From: an uncultured Nitrospiraceae bacterium
GTDB taxonomy: Bacteria; Nitrospirota; Nitrospiria; Nitrospirales; Nitrospiraceae
Direction: 5' to 3'
Assembly (NCBI GenBank): GCA_963728135.1
Contig: CAVSJC010000019.1
Location: forward strand, 22,477-86,476
DNA: 64,000 nt
The translations under genes were made by a program, and so were the position numbers. Every line of letters begins with the position of its first letter. Position 1 is the stretch's first letter. Below, piece after piece: positions 1 through 9,349 of the stretch. Under the pieces are notes generated by a model that saw only the letters and a program-made list of their open reading frames with translations, searched no databases and was not told the origin of the DNA.

Positions 1-309
1 TTTCGTCACGTGACCAGCGCCGAAGATGTCACGAAGGGCAAACCCGATCCACAACCATTCCTGCATGCGTTGGCTGGCCTGAATCAACAAGCTGCCCTGT
101 CCCCACCGCTCCGACCGTCCGACTGTTTGGTGATTGAGGATTCATTGCCCGGCGTTCGCGCAGCGAAATCAGCGGGAATGAAAGTGCTGGCGATCGCCAA
201 CACGCATACTGTACAAGACCTGCAGGAAGCCGATGCGATCAGTCACAGCTTGAATGACGTTCGCCTCAACGACATTCACGCGCGCTTATGGACAGCCTCA
301 GCGTCCTAG
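1..309 (+). CDS. HAD-family hydrolase, C-terminal part (gene starts before the window)
   Basis: KGKPDPQPF and CLVIEDSLPGVRAAKSAGM match HAD motifs III/IV. Confidence 0.85.
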   Translation, partial: FRHVTSAEDVTKGKPDPQPFLHALAGLNQQAALSPPLRPSDCLVIEDSLPGVRAAKSAGMKVLAIANTHTVQDLQEADAISHSLNDVRLNDIHARLWTASAS

Positions 310-313
310 TCCG

Positions 314-1255
314 ATGAGAATCTGCTCTCTCATTCCAGGCGCAACTGAGGTGGTGGCCGCCCTTGGACTGGCCGACCAGCTGGTCGGAGTCAGCCATGAA
401 TGCGATTTCCCTCCCCCCGTCCGCCATCTGCCGGTCATGATCCAGTCCATGGTGGCCGGAGAATCGGCATCCAGCCGCGACATCGATCGCCAGGTAAAGA
501 CATTGGTTTCCTCGCAACAACCGCTCTATCGACTCGATGAGCGTGCGTTTCTTCAGGCTCAACCAGACCTGATCCTCACACAAGACCTCTGCCATGTGTG
601 CGCCGTGACACCGGAGCAGCTGACTCAGGTCGTTCTCTTATTACCCCATCCCCCCCGCATGCTCGCGCTCAGCCCGACGTCATTGACCGATGTCCTGGTC
701 GACGTGCAGCGTATTGCGGAATCCGTTCAGCAGCCGGAGAAGGGACAGCTGCTCAGCGATTCTCTCCAGCGGCGTCTGCATGCCGTCCGCACGAACGCCG
801 GTTCACACCCCTCCCGGCCGCGGGTCGTCTGCCTCGAATGGCTGGCTCCCCTTTATCTGGCAGGCCACTGGGTTCCTGAGATGATCGACGTGGCAGGTGG
901 GCTGGATGTGCTGGGCTCGAAAGGTTCTGCTTCACGTGAGACCACGTGGGCCGAAGTGGCCGCCGCTCAACCGGACATAATCCTCGTGATGCCTTGCGGC
1001 TACTCGGTTGCTCGCACCATTCAGGAACTGTCCCGGCCCGGACAGACGCATGGGGAATGGATGGACGCGCTTGATCGCTGGCCGCAGACGTATGCGGTGG
1101 ATGCCGCCTCGTACTTCAGCCGTCCTGGCCCCCGCCTCGTCGATGGTGTCGAATTGCTGGCGCTCCTCCTGCATGCGGATACCCGTGCGCGGGTTGACCC
1201 GCTGAAGGCCAGCCGGCTCGACCCGACGCTTCTGGCGAGCGAGTCGCAGCCATGA
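314..1255 (+). CDS. Cobalamin/Fe-siderophore substrate-binding protein (BtuF-like)
   Basis: MRICSLIPGATEVVAALG, VGVSHECDFP, PDLILTQDLCHVC and YFSRPGPRLVDG; ATG at 314 preferred over 254. Confidence 0.8.
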   Translation: MRICSLIPGATEVVAALGLADQLVGVSHECDFPPPVRHLPVMIQSMVAGESASSRDIDRQVKTLVSSQQPLYRLDERAFLQAQPDLILTQDLCHVCAVTPEQLTQVVLLLPHPPRMLALSPTSLTDVLVDVQRIAESVQQPEKGQLLSDSLQRRLHAVRTNAGSHPSRPRVVCLEWLAPLYLAGHWVPEMIDVAGGLDVLGSKGSASRETTWAEVAAAQPDIILVMPCGYSVARTIQELSRPGQTHGEWMDALDRWPQTYAVDAASYFSRPGPRLVDGVELLALLLHADTRARVDPLKASRLDPTLLASESQP

Positions 1256-2112
1256 CGCACGTTGAAGCACAAGTCTTCTGCACGGCCTATACAAAAAACA
1301 GCGGAAGCAATTTCTACTATTCCTTTCTTTTTCTGCCAACAGCGCGTCGCGAAGCCATGTACACCGTCTATGCCTTTTGCAAGGCGGTGGATAGCGCCGT
1401 CGATGAGCCTCCGGCAGGCAGTAACCCCCAGGATGAATTAAAGCGTTGGCGGAGTGAGCTGGATGCCGTCTATAGCGGGACGCCCACCGACCCTATCGCG
1501 GTGAGCCTCGCGCACCATGTCAAAGTCCTCGGGATCCCCAAGGCCTATTTCGAGGAGCTGGTCAAAGGCGTCGAGATGGACCTCTTCCGTAATCGCTACG
1601 TCACATTCGATGAATTGTCCCTCTATTGCTACCGGGTCGCCTCGGTCGTGGGATTGATTTGCCTTCACATCTTCGGCGTCACCTCGCCGCGGGCACAGGA
1701 TTATGCCGTCGATCTCGGTATGGCGTTTCAAATGACCAATATTCTTCGCGATGTCGGCGCCGACGCCGCCCAAGGACGCATTTACCTTCCGCTCGACGAT
1801 CTCCAGGCGTGCAAATATCCCGAGACGTCGATGCTCCGACAGACGTACTCGCCGGAGTTCAGAACACTGATGCAGCAGGAGAGCAGGCGAGCGCGCCACT
1901 ATTACGACAAAGCCCAGGCGGCCTTCATGGGACTTCCCCGTCGCGAGCGTCGGGCTCTTACCGTGGCAGAAATTATGCGTGGGATTTATAGCCGCATCCT
2001 GACGAAGATTGAACAAACGGACTTTCAGGTGTTTGGACCGCGTATCAGCCTGTCGACGTCGCATCGGCTGGCGCTCGCCTTGGGCATCTGGCTTCGCTCG
2101 CGATTCTCGTGA
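1252..2112 (+). CDS. hpnD: Presqualene diphosphate synthase (squalene/phytoene synthase family)
   Basis: SGSNFYYSFLFLP, YCYRVASVVG, LGMAFQMTNILRDVGAD, GRIYLP; translationally coupled to an hpnE-like gene. Confidence 0.85.
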   Translation: MTHVEAQVFCTAYTKNSGSNFYYSFLFLPTARREAMYTVYAFCKAVDSAVDEPPAGSNPQDELKRWRSELDAVYSGTPTDPIAVSLAHHVKVLGIPKAYFEELVKGVEMDLFRNRYVTFDELSLYCYRVASVVGLICLHIFGVTSPRAQDYAVDLGMAFQMTNILRDVGADAAQGRIYLPLDDLQACKYPETSMLRQTYSPEFRTLMQQESRRARHYYDKAQAAFMGLPRRERRALTVAEIMRGIYSRILTKIEQTDFQVFGPRISLSTSHRLALALGIWLRSRFS

Positions 2113-3425
2113 CCGCTCGTGCAGCCCCCCACTCGGTTCTTATTCTCGGCGCCGGCCTTACCGGGCTGACTACAGCCTTCCAGCTGCAGCAGCACGGCTA
2201 CCGGGCGGCGGTCCTGGATCACCCGAGCTGGCAAGATGGATTCGGCTGCAATCCATCGGATGCCATGCCGGTATTGTTCGGACGCCATCACGAGACCTGG
2301 CGCCTGCTGCGCACATTCAACTCCGGTCCGTCGTTTGATGCGGACACCACGTTGTCCCTGGAATTCCGGCTGCCGGATGCGCGCATTGTCGCCTATCGCG
2401 CCACGCACTTGCCGGGAGCGCTTCAATGGATGATGAGCCTCTTCAATTTTCACGGTCTCGCATGGCACGACCGGTGGAACCTGTTCTCCCACCTGGAACA
2501 GATCTGGGAGCAAGCGCAGTCCCTTCCCGCCGACCTCGAAGGTCGGATCGCCGATGAATGGCTGCGTACGATCGGGCAAAGTGAAGCAGCGCGCCGCAAC
2601 ATCTGGCATCCGCTGGCCCGATGGCTGACCGGTAACCATTTGACGGGTCTATCGGCGGCGACCTTTGTGCAGCTGCTCTCGACGTTGTTCCTCGGCCAGG
2701 CCATGGATGCCCGTCTCACTCATGTGCAAGGTTCAGTGGAAAACAGACTGATCGCGCCCTTGCGCCGAGCCCTGATGTCTCCGGATACTGCGATCCATCG
2801 ACTCACCGAATTACCACATGTTCGCTTTGAGTCTCAGGAAATTACCGGCGTCCACATGCCGGATGGCACCATCCTGCATGCCCGGTGGTATGTGTCTGCC
2901 CTCTCTCATCAGCACCTGCTGGCGCTGCTCCCGGAACGCCTGTTGACGCGCTACGCCTATTTCGCGCAATTGGGAGACTTAAAAACGTTGGGGGACATCA
3001 CCGTTCAATTGACCTGTCATTCGCCCGCTCCAACGGCCAGAATCGTCTTGCTGGCCGGGCAGCCATTCCAACGCCTGACGCTCACGCCGTTCGGCCCTGA
3101 GGCATGCCGCCTGTCCATGAGTCACAGCGATGCGCCGGCCGAAGCGCCGGACGGCGCGGTGGCAAGTCTTGCGGAATCAACGCTGCATACGCTCAAGGAC
3201 GCCATCCAAGCGGATCAGGTCCTGGGTGTTGAGGTCCATCGTGACAAGCATGCCGCGCTCGCGCTCACGCCAGGCGCCAATCTTTTGAGACCCATACCAC
3301 AAAGCCCGGTTTCCAATTTTCTCGTTGCTGGCGCCTGGACAGACACGGGATGGCCTGCCAGCGTCGAAAGCGCGATCCTCAGCGCCAGGCGGTGCGCTGA
3401 AGCGATTCGCAACGCCGACGTGTGA
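2109..3425 (+). CDS. hpnE: Hydroxysqualene dehydroxylase-like FAD oxidoreductase
   Basis: N-terminal GAGLTGL dinucleotide fold and C-terminal AGAWTDTGWPASVESAILSA; follows hpnD. Confidence 0.75.
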   Translation: MTARAAPHSVLILGAGLTGLTTAFQLQQHGYRAAVLDHPSWQDGFGCNPSDAMPVLFGRHHETWRLLRTFNSGPSFDADTTLSLEFRLPDARIVAYRATHLPGALQWMMSLFNFHGLAWHDRWNLFSHLEQIWEQAQSLPADLEGRIADEWLRTIGQSEAARRNIWHPLARWLTGNHLTGLSAATFVQLLSTLFLGQAMDARLTHVQGSVENRLIAPLRRALMSPDTAIHRLTELPHVRFESQEITGVHMPDGTILHARWYVSALSHQHLLALLPERLLTRYAYFAQLGDLKTLGDITVQLTCHSPAPTARIVLLAGQPFQRLTLTPFGPEACRLSMSHSDAPAEAPDGAVASLAESTLHTLKDAIQADQVLGVEVHRDKHAALALTPGANLLRPIPQSPVSNFLVAGAWTDTGWPASVESAILSARRCAEAIRNADV

Positions 3426-3599
3426 GGTGGCGGAATCTATCGCGTGTTGTTTTGATGATGTGACTGCAATCCCGGCTCGCTTACCAAACGAGAGATTTCA
3501 CGGACCGATCCCTCGAAATAGCACTGATCCAAACCGTTCAGTCTCTCTTACTGATGCTTGATCTCTGTCTCAGCTCCGCTGTGCTGTGACCGGCCCGCA

Positions 3600-3628
3600 T
3601 TGACATCGTGGGGACGTCCCCCTAAGAT
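3600..3628 (+). promoter_or_regulatory. Sigma70-type promoter of udg, with a palindrome in the spacer
   Basis: TTGACA-17 nt-TAAGAT; spacer contains the perfect palindrome GGGGACGTCCCC (3610-3621). Confidence 0.7.
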
Positions 3629-3666
3629 GCCGCACACATTCTCTCGCTCGGGAACCAGCCCGCGCC

Positions 3667-4308
3667 ATGACCCTGCAAGACCTCGCCAAATCGCTTCATG
3701 ATTGCCAACGCTGCAAGCTGGCCAAACTCGGCCGGAGCCAGGTCGTGGTCGGCGTCGGCAACCCTCGTGCGAGCATTATGTTTGTCGGCGAAGCGCCCGG
3801 ATTCAATGAAGATCAGAAGGGGGAGCCGTTTGTCGGTGCGGCGGGAAAATTGTTGAACGATCTGTTGGCATCGGCGAATCTATCGCGCGACCAGATTTAC
3901 ATCGCCAACGTGATCAAGTGCCGCCCCCCGAACAACCGCGATCCGGAGCCGGACGAAGTTGACACCTGCAAACCGTTTCTCCTGCAACAGATTCAAATGA
4001 TCCGTCCCAAGCTCGTGTGTAGTTTGGGAAATTGGGCGACGCAAACCCTCCTGGAACGCAAGGTTGGAATTACCAAGGTGAAGGCCCAGGCCTTTTACAT
4101 GAAAGATTTCGTGTTGTTTCCCTTGCTGCATCCGGCCGCTGCGTTGCACCAGGGTGGATTGCTCGACACACTTAAAGAGGATTTCAAGAAACTGAAGGAG
4201 TTTCTCGACCGCAACACGAGACCGCCCGAACCGGCAGGCTCGGCTTCCTCCGCCGCTCCGACGCTGCAAATCGACCAGCCGCACCCGGCGCAAATGGATT
4301 TGTTTTAA
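3667..4308 (+). CDS. udg: Uracil-DNA glycosylase family 4 (Fe-S type)
   Basis: CQRCKL, FVGEAPG, GEPFVGAAG, NVIKCRPPNNRDP, LLHPAAAL. Confidence 0.92.
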   Translation: MTLQDLAKSLHDCQRCKLAKLGRSQVVVGVGNPRASIMFVGEAPGFNEDQKGEPFVGAAGKLLNDLLASANLSRDQIYIANVIKCRPPNNRDPEPDEVDTCKPFLLQQIQMIRPKLVCSLGNWATQTLLERKVGITKVKAQAFYMKDFVLFPLLHPAAALHQGGLLDTLKEDFKKLKEFLDRNTRPPEPAGSASSAAPTLQIDQPHPAQMDLF

Positions 4309-4332
4309 CCGCTTCTCGTGGGCCGGGATGAA

Positions 4333-4797
4333 TCAGGCCTTCCCTGACTGTCCTTCTGAGGCGACCGCGGGGGCGTTTTCACTCGTCTGCTCTTCTTCTC
4401 CTTCGGCCGGCTTCTCTTCCTCCGGCACATCGAACCATTGGACCAGCATCTCCTCCCACCAGGCCTCGGTCACGTCCTCACCCGGATCGGTGCCCAGGAA
4501 GGCGACGTCCTCGCTCTTCACGGATGAGCCGACAAGGTGCGGCTGGAATTTCGCCCGATCAATCACTTCCTTCGTCGCATAGCCGCCGATGATCCAGGCG
4601 TCGGGGTCGGCCCGGCGTGATTTGTACGCCTTCAAGGCGATTTTCAGATACATGAAGATCTGTTGCTGCGTCGGCTCAGTGACGCCGGATTGCGAGAGAC
4701 TGAGCGTCTTCTCGATCTTCTTGCGCCAATGCCGATCGTCGTAGCGGGACGTGACCAACTGGAGCATTTTCTTTCCGAGCTCAGCATCAAGCGGCAT
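4333..4797 (-). CDS. Hypothetical protein with acidic tail
   Basis: Clean ORF with protein-like composition; probable ATG at 4797 (MPLDAELGKKM). Confidence 0.65.
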   Translation of the reverse strand: MPLDAELGKKMLQLVTSRYDDRHWRKKIEKTLSLSQSGVTEPTQQQIFMYLKIALKAYKSRRADPDAWIIGGYATKEVIDRAKFQPHLVGSSVKSEDVAFLGTDPGEDVTEAWWEEMLVQWFDVPEEEKPAEGEEEQTSENAPAVASEGQSGKA

Positions 4798-4848
4798 AGC
4801 AGTTCCTATCGTTGTTGAAGGATCACTCGGCGCGAATGCCAAGGTGTT

Positions 4849-5406
4849 TCATTGGCTCTTCTTCTGATACGTACCCATCAACCTCGCCTCGGCGAGGATG
4901 TGGCCCCTCATGGCTTCTTCAAGTTTGGCTTTTGTCGGCTGCTGAAGGTCAGGCAGCACCGTGTCCAGAGCATAGAGCTTATGGAAATACCGGTGGCGAC
5001 CGATCGGCGGACAAGGGCCCCCATAGCCGGGTCGCTTCCAATCATTCAGGCCTTCCTTGGTTCCTGCCGGGAGGGGCTTCGCGCCTTGGGGCAGGTCCCC
5101 GGTTGTTGCCGGAAGGTTGTAGAGAACCCAATGCACCCATGTCATCTTTGGCGCCGCCGGGTCCGGGGCGTCCGGATCGTCGACAATAAGCGCCAGACTC
5201 TTGCTGCCCGCCGGGAGATCCGACCAGGCGAGCGGCGGAGAAATATCGGCACCCTCGCAGGTATACAAATCCGGGATCACACTTTGATCACTGAATGCCG
5301 TTGAGCTGATGCGCATGTGACGCTCCATGCCGGCCCACGCGATCCCGGCCGTGAGGACGGTGATCACCCCTGCGGCGATCAATCCGCGATGACTTCGTCG
5401 ACTCAT
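4849..5406 (-). CDS. YbhB/YbcL family PEBP (Raf-kinase-inhibitor-like) protein with signal peptide
   Basis: SPPLAW, DDPDAP, WVHWVLYNLP, YGGPCPPIGRHRYFHKLYALD. Confidence 0.9.
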   Translation of the reverse strand: MSRRSHRGLIAAGVITVLTAGIAWAGMERHMRISSTAFSDQSVIPDLYTCEGADISPPLAWSDLPAGSKSLALIVDDPDAPDPAAPKMTWVHWVLYNLPATTGDLPQGAKPLPAGTKEGLNDWKRPGYGGPCPPIGRHRYFHKLYALDTVLPDLQQPTKAKLEEAMRGHILAEARLMGTYQKKSQ

Positions 5407-5467
5407 CTCGTCGATGCGCCGGCAATCCTGACCTGCGCTCCACTCGCCGCGCCCGGCCAGGCGGTCC

Positions 5468-6886
5468 TTAATTTCCTGCGACCATCATCTCGGCAATCTT
5501 CAGAGTTGGACTCGCAATACGTCCGCGAAATACCAGATCACTCCCCACCTCTTCAATGTCTTTGAGCATCTGCTTCAGATTCCCGGCGATGGTGATTTCC
5601 TCCACTGGATACGCCAGCTCCCCATTCTCGATCCAAAATCCGCAGGCGCCGCGCGAATAATCGCCGGTCACCATGTTGATACCGAAGCCGATCAGTTCGG
5701 TCACATACAGTCCTTCCTTGACGGACCCGATAATCTGCTCCGGAGTCCTGCTTCCCGGCACCAGATACATATTGGTCGGTCCGACCGAGGGACTCTCACC
5801 GACACTCCGTGAGGCATTGCCCGTGGACGGGAGCGCCAGCTTTCTCCCTGAATACGTGTCGAGGAGATAGCTCGTTAAGACGCCTCGTTCGACAATGGTA
5901 TTTTTGCGCGTGGCCAGACCTTCGCCGTCAAATGGCCGGGATCCGAGCCCTCCCTCCATACGACCGTCATCGTAGACTGTGATCCGGTCTGATGCGATCG
6001 TCTGGCCGAGCTGATCTAAGAGAAATGAGGCTCGCTTGTAGAGTCCGTAGCCGGACACCGCACTGCAGAGATTGGCCAAGAGGCTGCCTGCCGTCTCTTG
6101 ATCGAAAACGACCGGCACGCGCTTCGTCGAAACCTTGCGCGCCCCCAACCGGCGTACCGTGCGGCGCGCCGCCTCCTGGCCGATGGATTCCGCTGTCGCC
6201 AGGCGGGCAAACTTGCGCTGGACTTCGTACCAGGCGTCCCGCTGCATCGCGCCCGTTCCAGGCTCGGTTGCAATCGGCGACACAGACAACGAGAAACTGG
6301 AACTTTTGTAGGACCCGATGAATCCGTGGCTGTTGGCCAACACCACTCCCCCGGATGAGGAATCGAACTCGGCGCCTTCAGAATTGGTGATGCGAGGATC
6401 GACGGCGAATGCGGCCGCTTCGGCGCGTTTGGCCAACTCGATTTGCGCGTCCGTCTCGAGCTTCGTCTCGTCATACAGATCCAGCACCGGCCAATCTCCG
6501 GCCATCTGCGACGCCTCCGGTAATCCGGAGACCTGGTCTTCCACGACGGCTTTGGCAAGGGTGCAGGTTTCCGACACGAGTCGATCAAGCGACTCCCTGG
6601 AAAAATCCGATGTCGAGGTTGTCGCCGAACGCTTTCCAACAAACACGCGTAGACCAAGCCGCTTTTCCCGGGCCTTCGTCAGCCGATCGACCGCCCCGAC
6701 CCGCACCTGGACGGAAAAGGTCTCTCCATCAGCTACGACGATGTCGGCCTCGGATGCGCCACAACGCTTGGCCCGAGCCAGCACATCGGCGGCCAATTGA
6801 GCATATCCATTGACGATTTCAATTGCGCTTGCTGATGATTGCCTCTGGAGCACATGATCCTTTCCGAACCAATCGTCCACGCTCAA
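5468..6886 (-). CDS. pmbA: PmbA/TldE metalloprotease subunit
   Basis: SRPFDGEG, TGDYSRGACGFWIENGELAYPVEEITIAGNL; adjacent to tldD. Confidence 0.9.
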   Translation of the reverse strand: MSVDDWFGKDHVLQRQSSASAIEIVNGYAQLAADVLARAKRCGASEADIVVADGETFSVQVRVGAVDRLTKAREKRLGLRVFVGKRSATTSTSDFSRESLDRLVSETCTLAKAVVEDQVSGLPEASQMAGDWPVLDLYDETKLETDAQIELAKRAEAAAFAVDPRITNSEGAEFDSSSGGVVLANSHGFIGSYKSSSFSLSVSPIATEPGTGAMQRDAWYEVQRKFARLATAESIGQEAARRTVRRLGARKVSTKRVPVVFDQETAGSLLANLCSAVSGYGLYKRASFLLDQLGQTIASDRITVYDDGRMEGGLGSRPFDGEGLATRKNTIVERGVLTSYLLDTYSGRKLALPSTGNASRSVGESPSVGPTNMYLVPGSRTPEQIIGSVKEGLYVTELIGFGINMVTGDYSRGACGFWIENGELAYPVEEITIAGNLKQMLKDIEEVGSDLVFRGRIASPTLKIAEMMVAGN

Positions 6887-6933
6887 TGGTCATGCAGACA
6901 AGAGCATCAACCACCGGCTCACGCGATTGATCA

Positions 6934-8364
6934 TTATCCCTGGGTTCCGCCTACCGTGATTTCCTCGATCTTAATCGTCGGGAGGCCGACTCCGACGGGA
7001 ACCGATTGACCGTCTTTGCCACAGGTCCCGATGCCGTTATCCAATGTGAGGTCGTGGCCGACCATTGAAACCTTGGTCAGAATCTCCGGCCCACTTCCAA
7101 TCAGCGTCGCCCCCTTCACCGGCTTCGTGATCTTACCGTCTTCAATGAGATACGCTTCGCTGGCCGAAAACACGAACTTGCCGTTCGTGATGTCGACTTG
7201 CCCGCCCCCGAACGACACCGCATAGAGCCCCCTCTTGACCGAGCGCAGAATATCTTGGGGATCTGATTCGCCGGCCAACATGAAGGTGTTGGTCATCCGC
7301 GGCAGCACCACGCTCTGGTAACTCTCCCGCCGGCCGTTCCCAGTCAACGGGATACCCATGAGACGGGCGTTGAGTTTGTCGGTAATGTAGGCCCGTAGGA
7401 TGCCTTTTTCGATGAGCGTCGTGCAGCTGGTCGGCGTGCCTTCATCATCCATGTTCAAGGAACCGCGACGATTCGGAAGCGTGCCGTCATCGACGATCGT
7501 GCAGACCTCGGACGCCACGCGTTTGCCGATCAGGCTCGAAAAGGCCGAGGTCTTCTTGCGGTTGAAATCCGCTTCCAGTCCATGGCCGATGGCTTCATGG
7601 AGCAGAATGCCCGGCCACCCCCCGGCAAGGACCACCGGCATGACACCAGCGGGCGCATCGACGGCCGACAGATTAAGAATTGCCTCCCGCGCGGCTTCAC
7701 GGGCATATTCGGCGAATCGATTCCCATCGCGATAAAACTGAAAGCCCACCCTGCCGCCGCCCCCAAAACTTCCCACCTGCCGATTGCCATTTTCTTCGGC
7801 AATGCACGTGACCTGCAACCGGGACAGCGGCTGGACATCGCCGATCAGGGTTCCGTCCGACGTGGCGACGGCCACCACCTTATATTCGGTGTTAAAAGAC
7901 GCCATGACATTTTTGATACGCGGATCGTACCGGCGTGCCTCGGCGTCGATCTCATTTAACAGCGCCACTCGTTCGCCCGTGGCCACCTCCGTTGCGGCCC
8001 GGTCCAGCGCATAGAGGTCTCTGGTAGGCCGACGCCGGGCAGGGACGGGAACGGCGTGGTCCGCACGAGGAGAATTGGCGATGTAACGGGCTGTATCGGC
8101 GGCAATTTCCAAATCGCGTTTTGTCAGTTCGTCGGAATAGGCAAAGCCTGTTTTTTCCCCCGCCGTGGCACGGACTCCGACGCCCTGCGAAATGCTTTTG
8201 GATGCCCGCTTGACGATCCCCTCCTCCATCGAGACGGACTCGGAGACCCGGGACTCAAAATACAGGTCGGCATAGTCGACATCGCGCACGTTTAACCGGT
8301 CCAAGGCGTGTTGAGCCTCGCGCTCAGTCACGCCGAATCTCGTCAGCTGAACCAATTCGTCCAT
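6934..8364 (-). CDS. tldD: TldD metalloprotease
   Basis: GILLHEAIGHGLEADFNRK, PRMTNTFM, GTCGKDGQSVPVGVGLPT. Confidence 0.95.
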   Translation of the reverse strand: MDELVQLTRFGVTEREAQHALDRLNVRDVDYADLYFESRVSESVSMEEGIVKRASKSISQGVGVRATAGEKTGFAYSDELTKRDLEIAADTARYIANSPRADHAVPVPARRRPTRDLYALDRAATEVATGERVALLNEIDAEARRYDPRIKNVMASFNTEYKVVAVATSDGTLIGDVQPLSRLQVTCIAEENGNRQVGSFGGGGRVGFQFYRDGNRFAEYAREAAREAILNLSAVDAPAGVMPVVLAGGWPGILLHEAIGHGLEADFNRKKTSAFSSLIGKRVASEVCTIVDDGTLPNRRGSLNMDDEGTPTSCTTLIEKGILRAYITDKLNARLMGIPLTGNGRRESYQSVVLPRMTNTFMLAGESDPQDILRSVKRGLYAVSFGGGQVDITNGKFVFSASEAYLIEDGKITKPVKGATLIGSGPEILTKVSMVGHDLTLDNGIGTCGKDGQSVPVGVGLPTIKIEEITVGGTQG

Positions 8365-8478
8365 GTGGTGTTTCCTCTCTCAATTGCGAGCGACTGCGAA
8401 GTATAGCCCATCCTTTTCCGCAGCCGCAATGCAGGGATTCGTACGTTGCGGCACCTCTCAGCATTCTCCACTTACTGT

Positions 8479-8507
8479 TTGACATTCAGGGGACCTGTCA
8501 GTAGACT
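8479..8507 (+). promoter_or_regulatory. Sigma70-type promoter of the uppS operon
   Basis: TTGACA-17 nt-TAGACT about 50 nt upstream of uppS. Confidence 0.65.
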
Positions 8508-8558
8508 TTGCTCACCTTCCATTGAGCCTTTCTACAAAAGGACCACGATCCGATCGTT

Positions 8559-9344
8559 ATGGCACAGACGCCAACTTCAAGCCTTGACCACCTCTCGGAA
8601 CCCGAGTTGACCGCCAAACTGGATCCCGACTTATTACCGAAACACGTCGCCGTCATCATGGACGGGAATGGACGCTGGGCCGAATTGCGCGGACTCCCCC
8701 GTATCGCCGGGCATCGGGAAGGCATCAACTCCGTCAGAGAGATGATCACGCAATGTCTGGAACTCGGCATCCAGGCCCTGACGATTTATGCGTTTTCGCA
8801 GGAAAACTGGAATCGCCCGACGCAGGAAATCAGCGCCCTCATGGGTCTCTTGGAGCACTATCTCTCGACAGAGCGAGCCAGCCTCATTGAGCAGCGGGTT
8901 CGTTTCCGCACCATCGGACGCCTCGAGCTACTGCCTCAGTCGGCGCGGCACTGGGTTCAAACGACCGCACAAGAAACGGCCCATCTCGAGAAGATGGTTC
9001 TGACAGTCGCCCTGAGTTATGGGGGACGGGCCGAGATCGTCGATGCGGTGAAAGGATTACTAAAAGACGTCGAAGCGGGAACGATCCAACCGGATCAAGT
9101 CGATGAAGCCTTACTGGAACAACATCTCTACACCCATCCGCTCAAAGATCCTGATCTGCTCATTCGCACGAGCGGAGAGACCCGGATCAGCAATTTTCTT
9201 CTCTGGCAGCTGGCCTACACGGAATTGTACTTCACCACGACCCTCTGGCCCGACTTTCGCCGTCGGCAATTTCTCCTGGCTCTGCTGGAGTATCAGCGAC
9301 GGGAGCGCCGCTTCGGCCGGGTGTTGACCACGGTCTCTTCGTAA
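8559..9344 (+). CDS. uppS: Undecaprenyl diphosphate synthase
   Basis: HVAVIMDGNGRWA, YAFSQENWNRP, DPDLLIRTSGETRISNFLLWQLAY. Confidence 0.96.
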   Translation: MAQTPTSSLDHLSEPELTAKLDPDLLPKHVAVIMDGNGRWAELRGLPRIAGHREGINSVREMITQCLELGIQALTIYAFSQENWNRPTQEISALMGLLEHYLSTERASLIEQRVRFRTIGRLELLPQSARHWVQTTAQETAHLEKMVLTVALSYGGRAEIVDAVKGLLKDVEAGTIQPDQVDEALLEQHLYTHPLKDPDLLIRTSGETRISNFLLWQLAYTELYFTTTLWPDFRRRQFLLALLEYQRRERRFGRVLTTVSS

Positions 9345-9349
9345 CCCCT

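Noticed and set aside
5468-8364. tldD/pmbA as part of a RiPP cluster
   Set aside because: No precursor peptide or modification enzymes adjacent; ordinary housekeeping pair.
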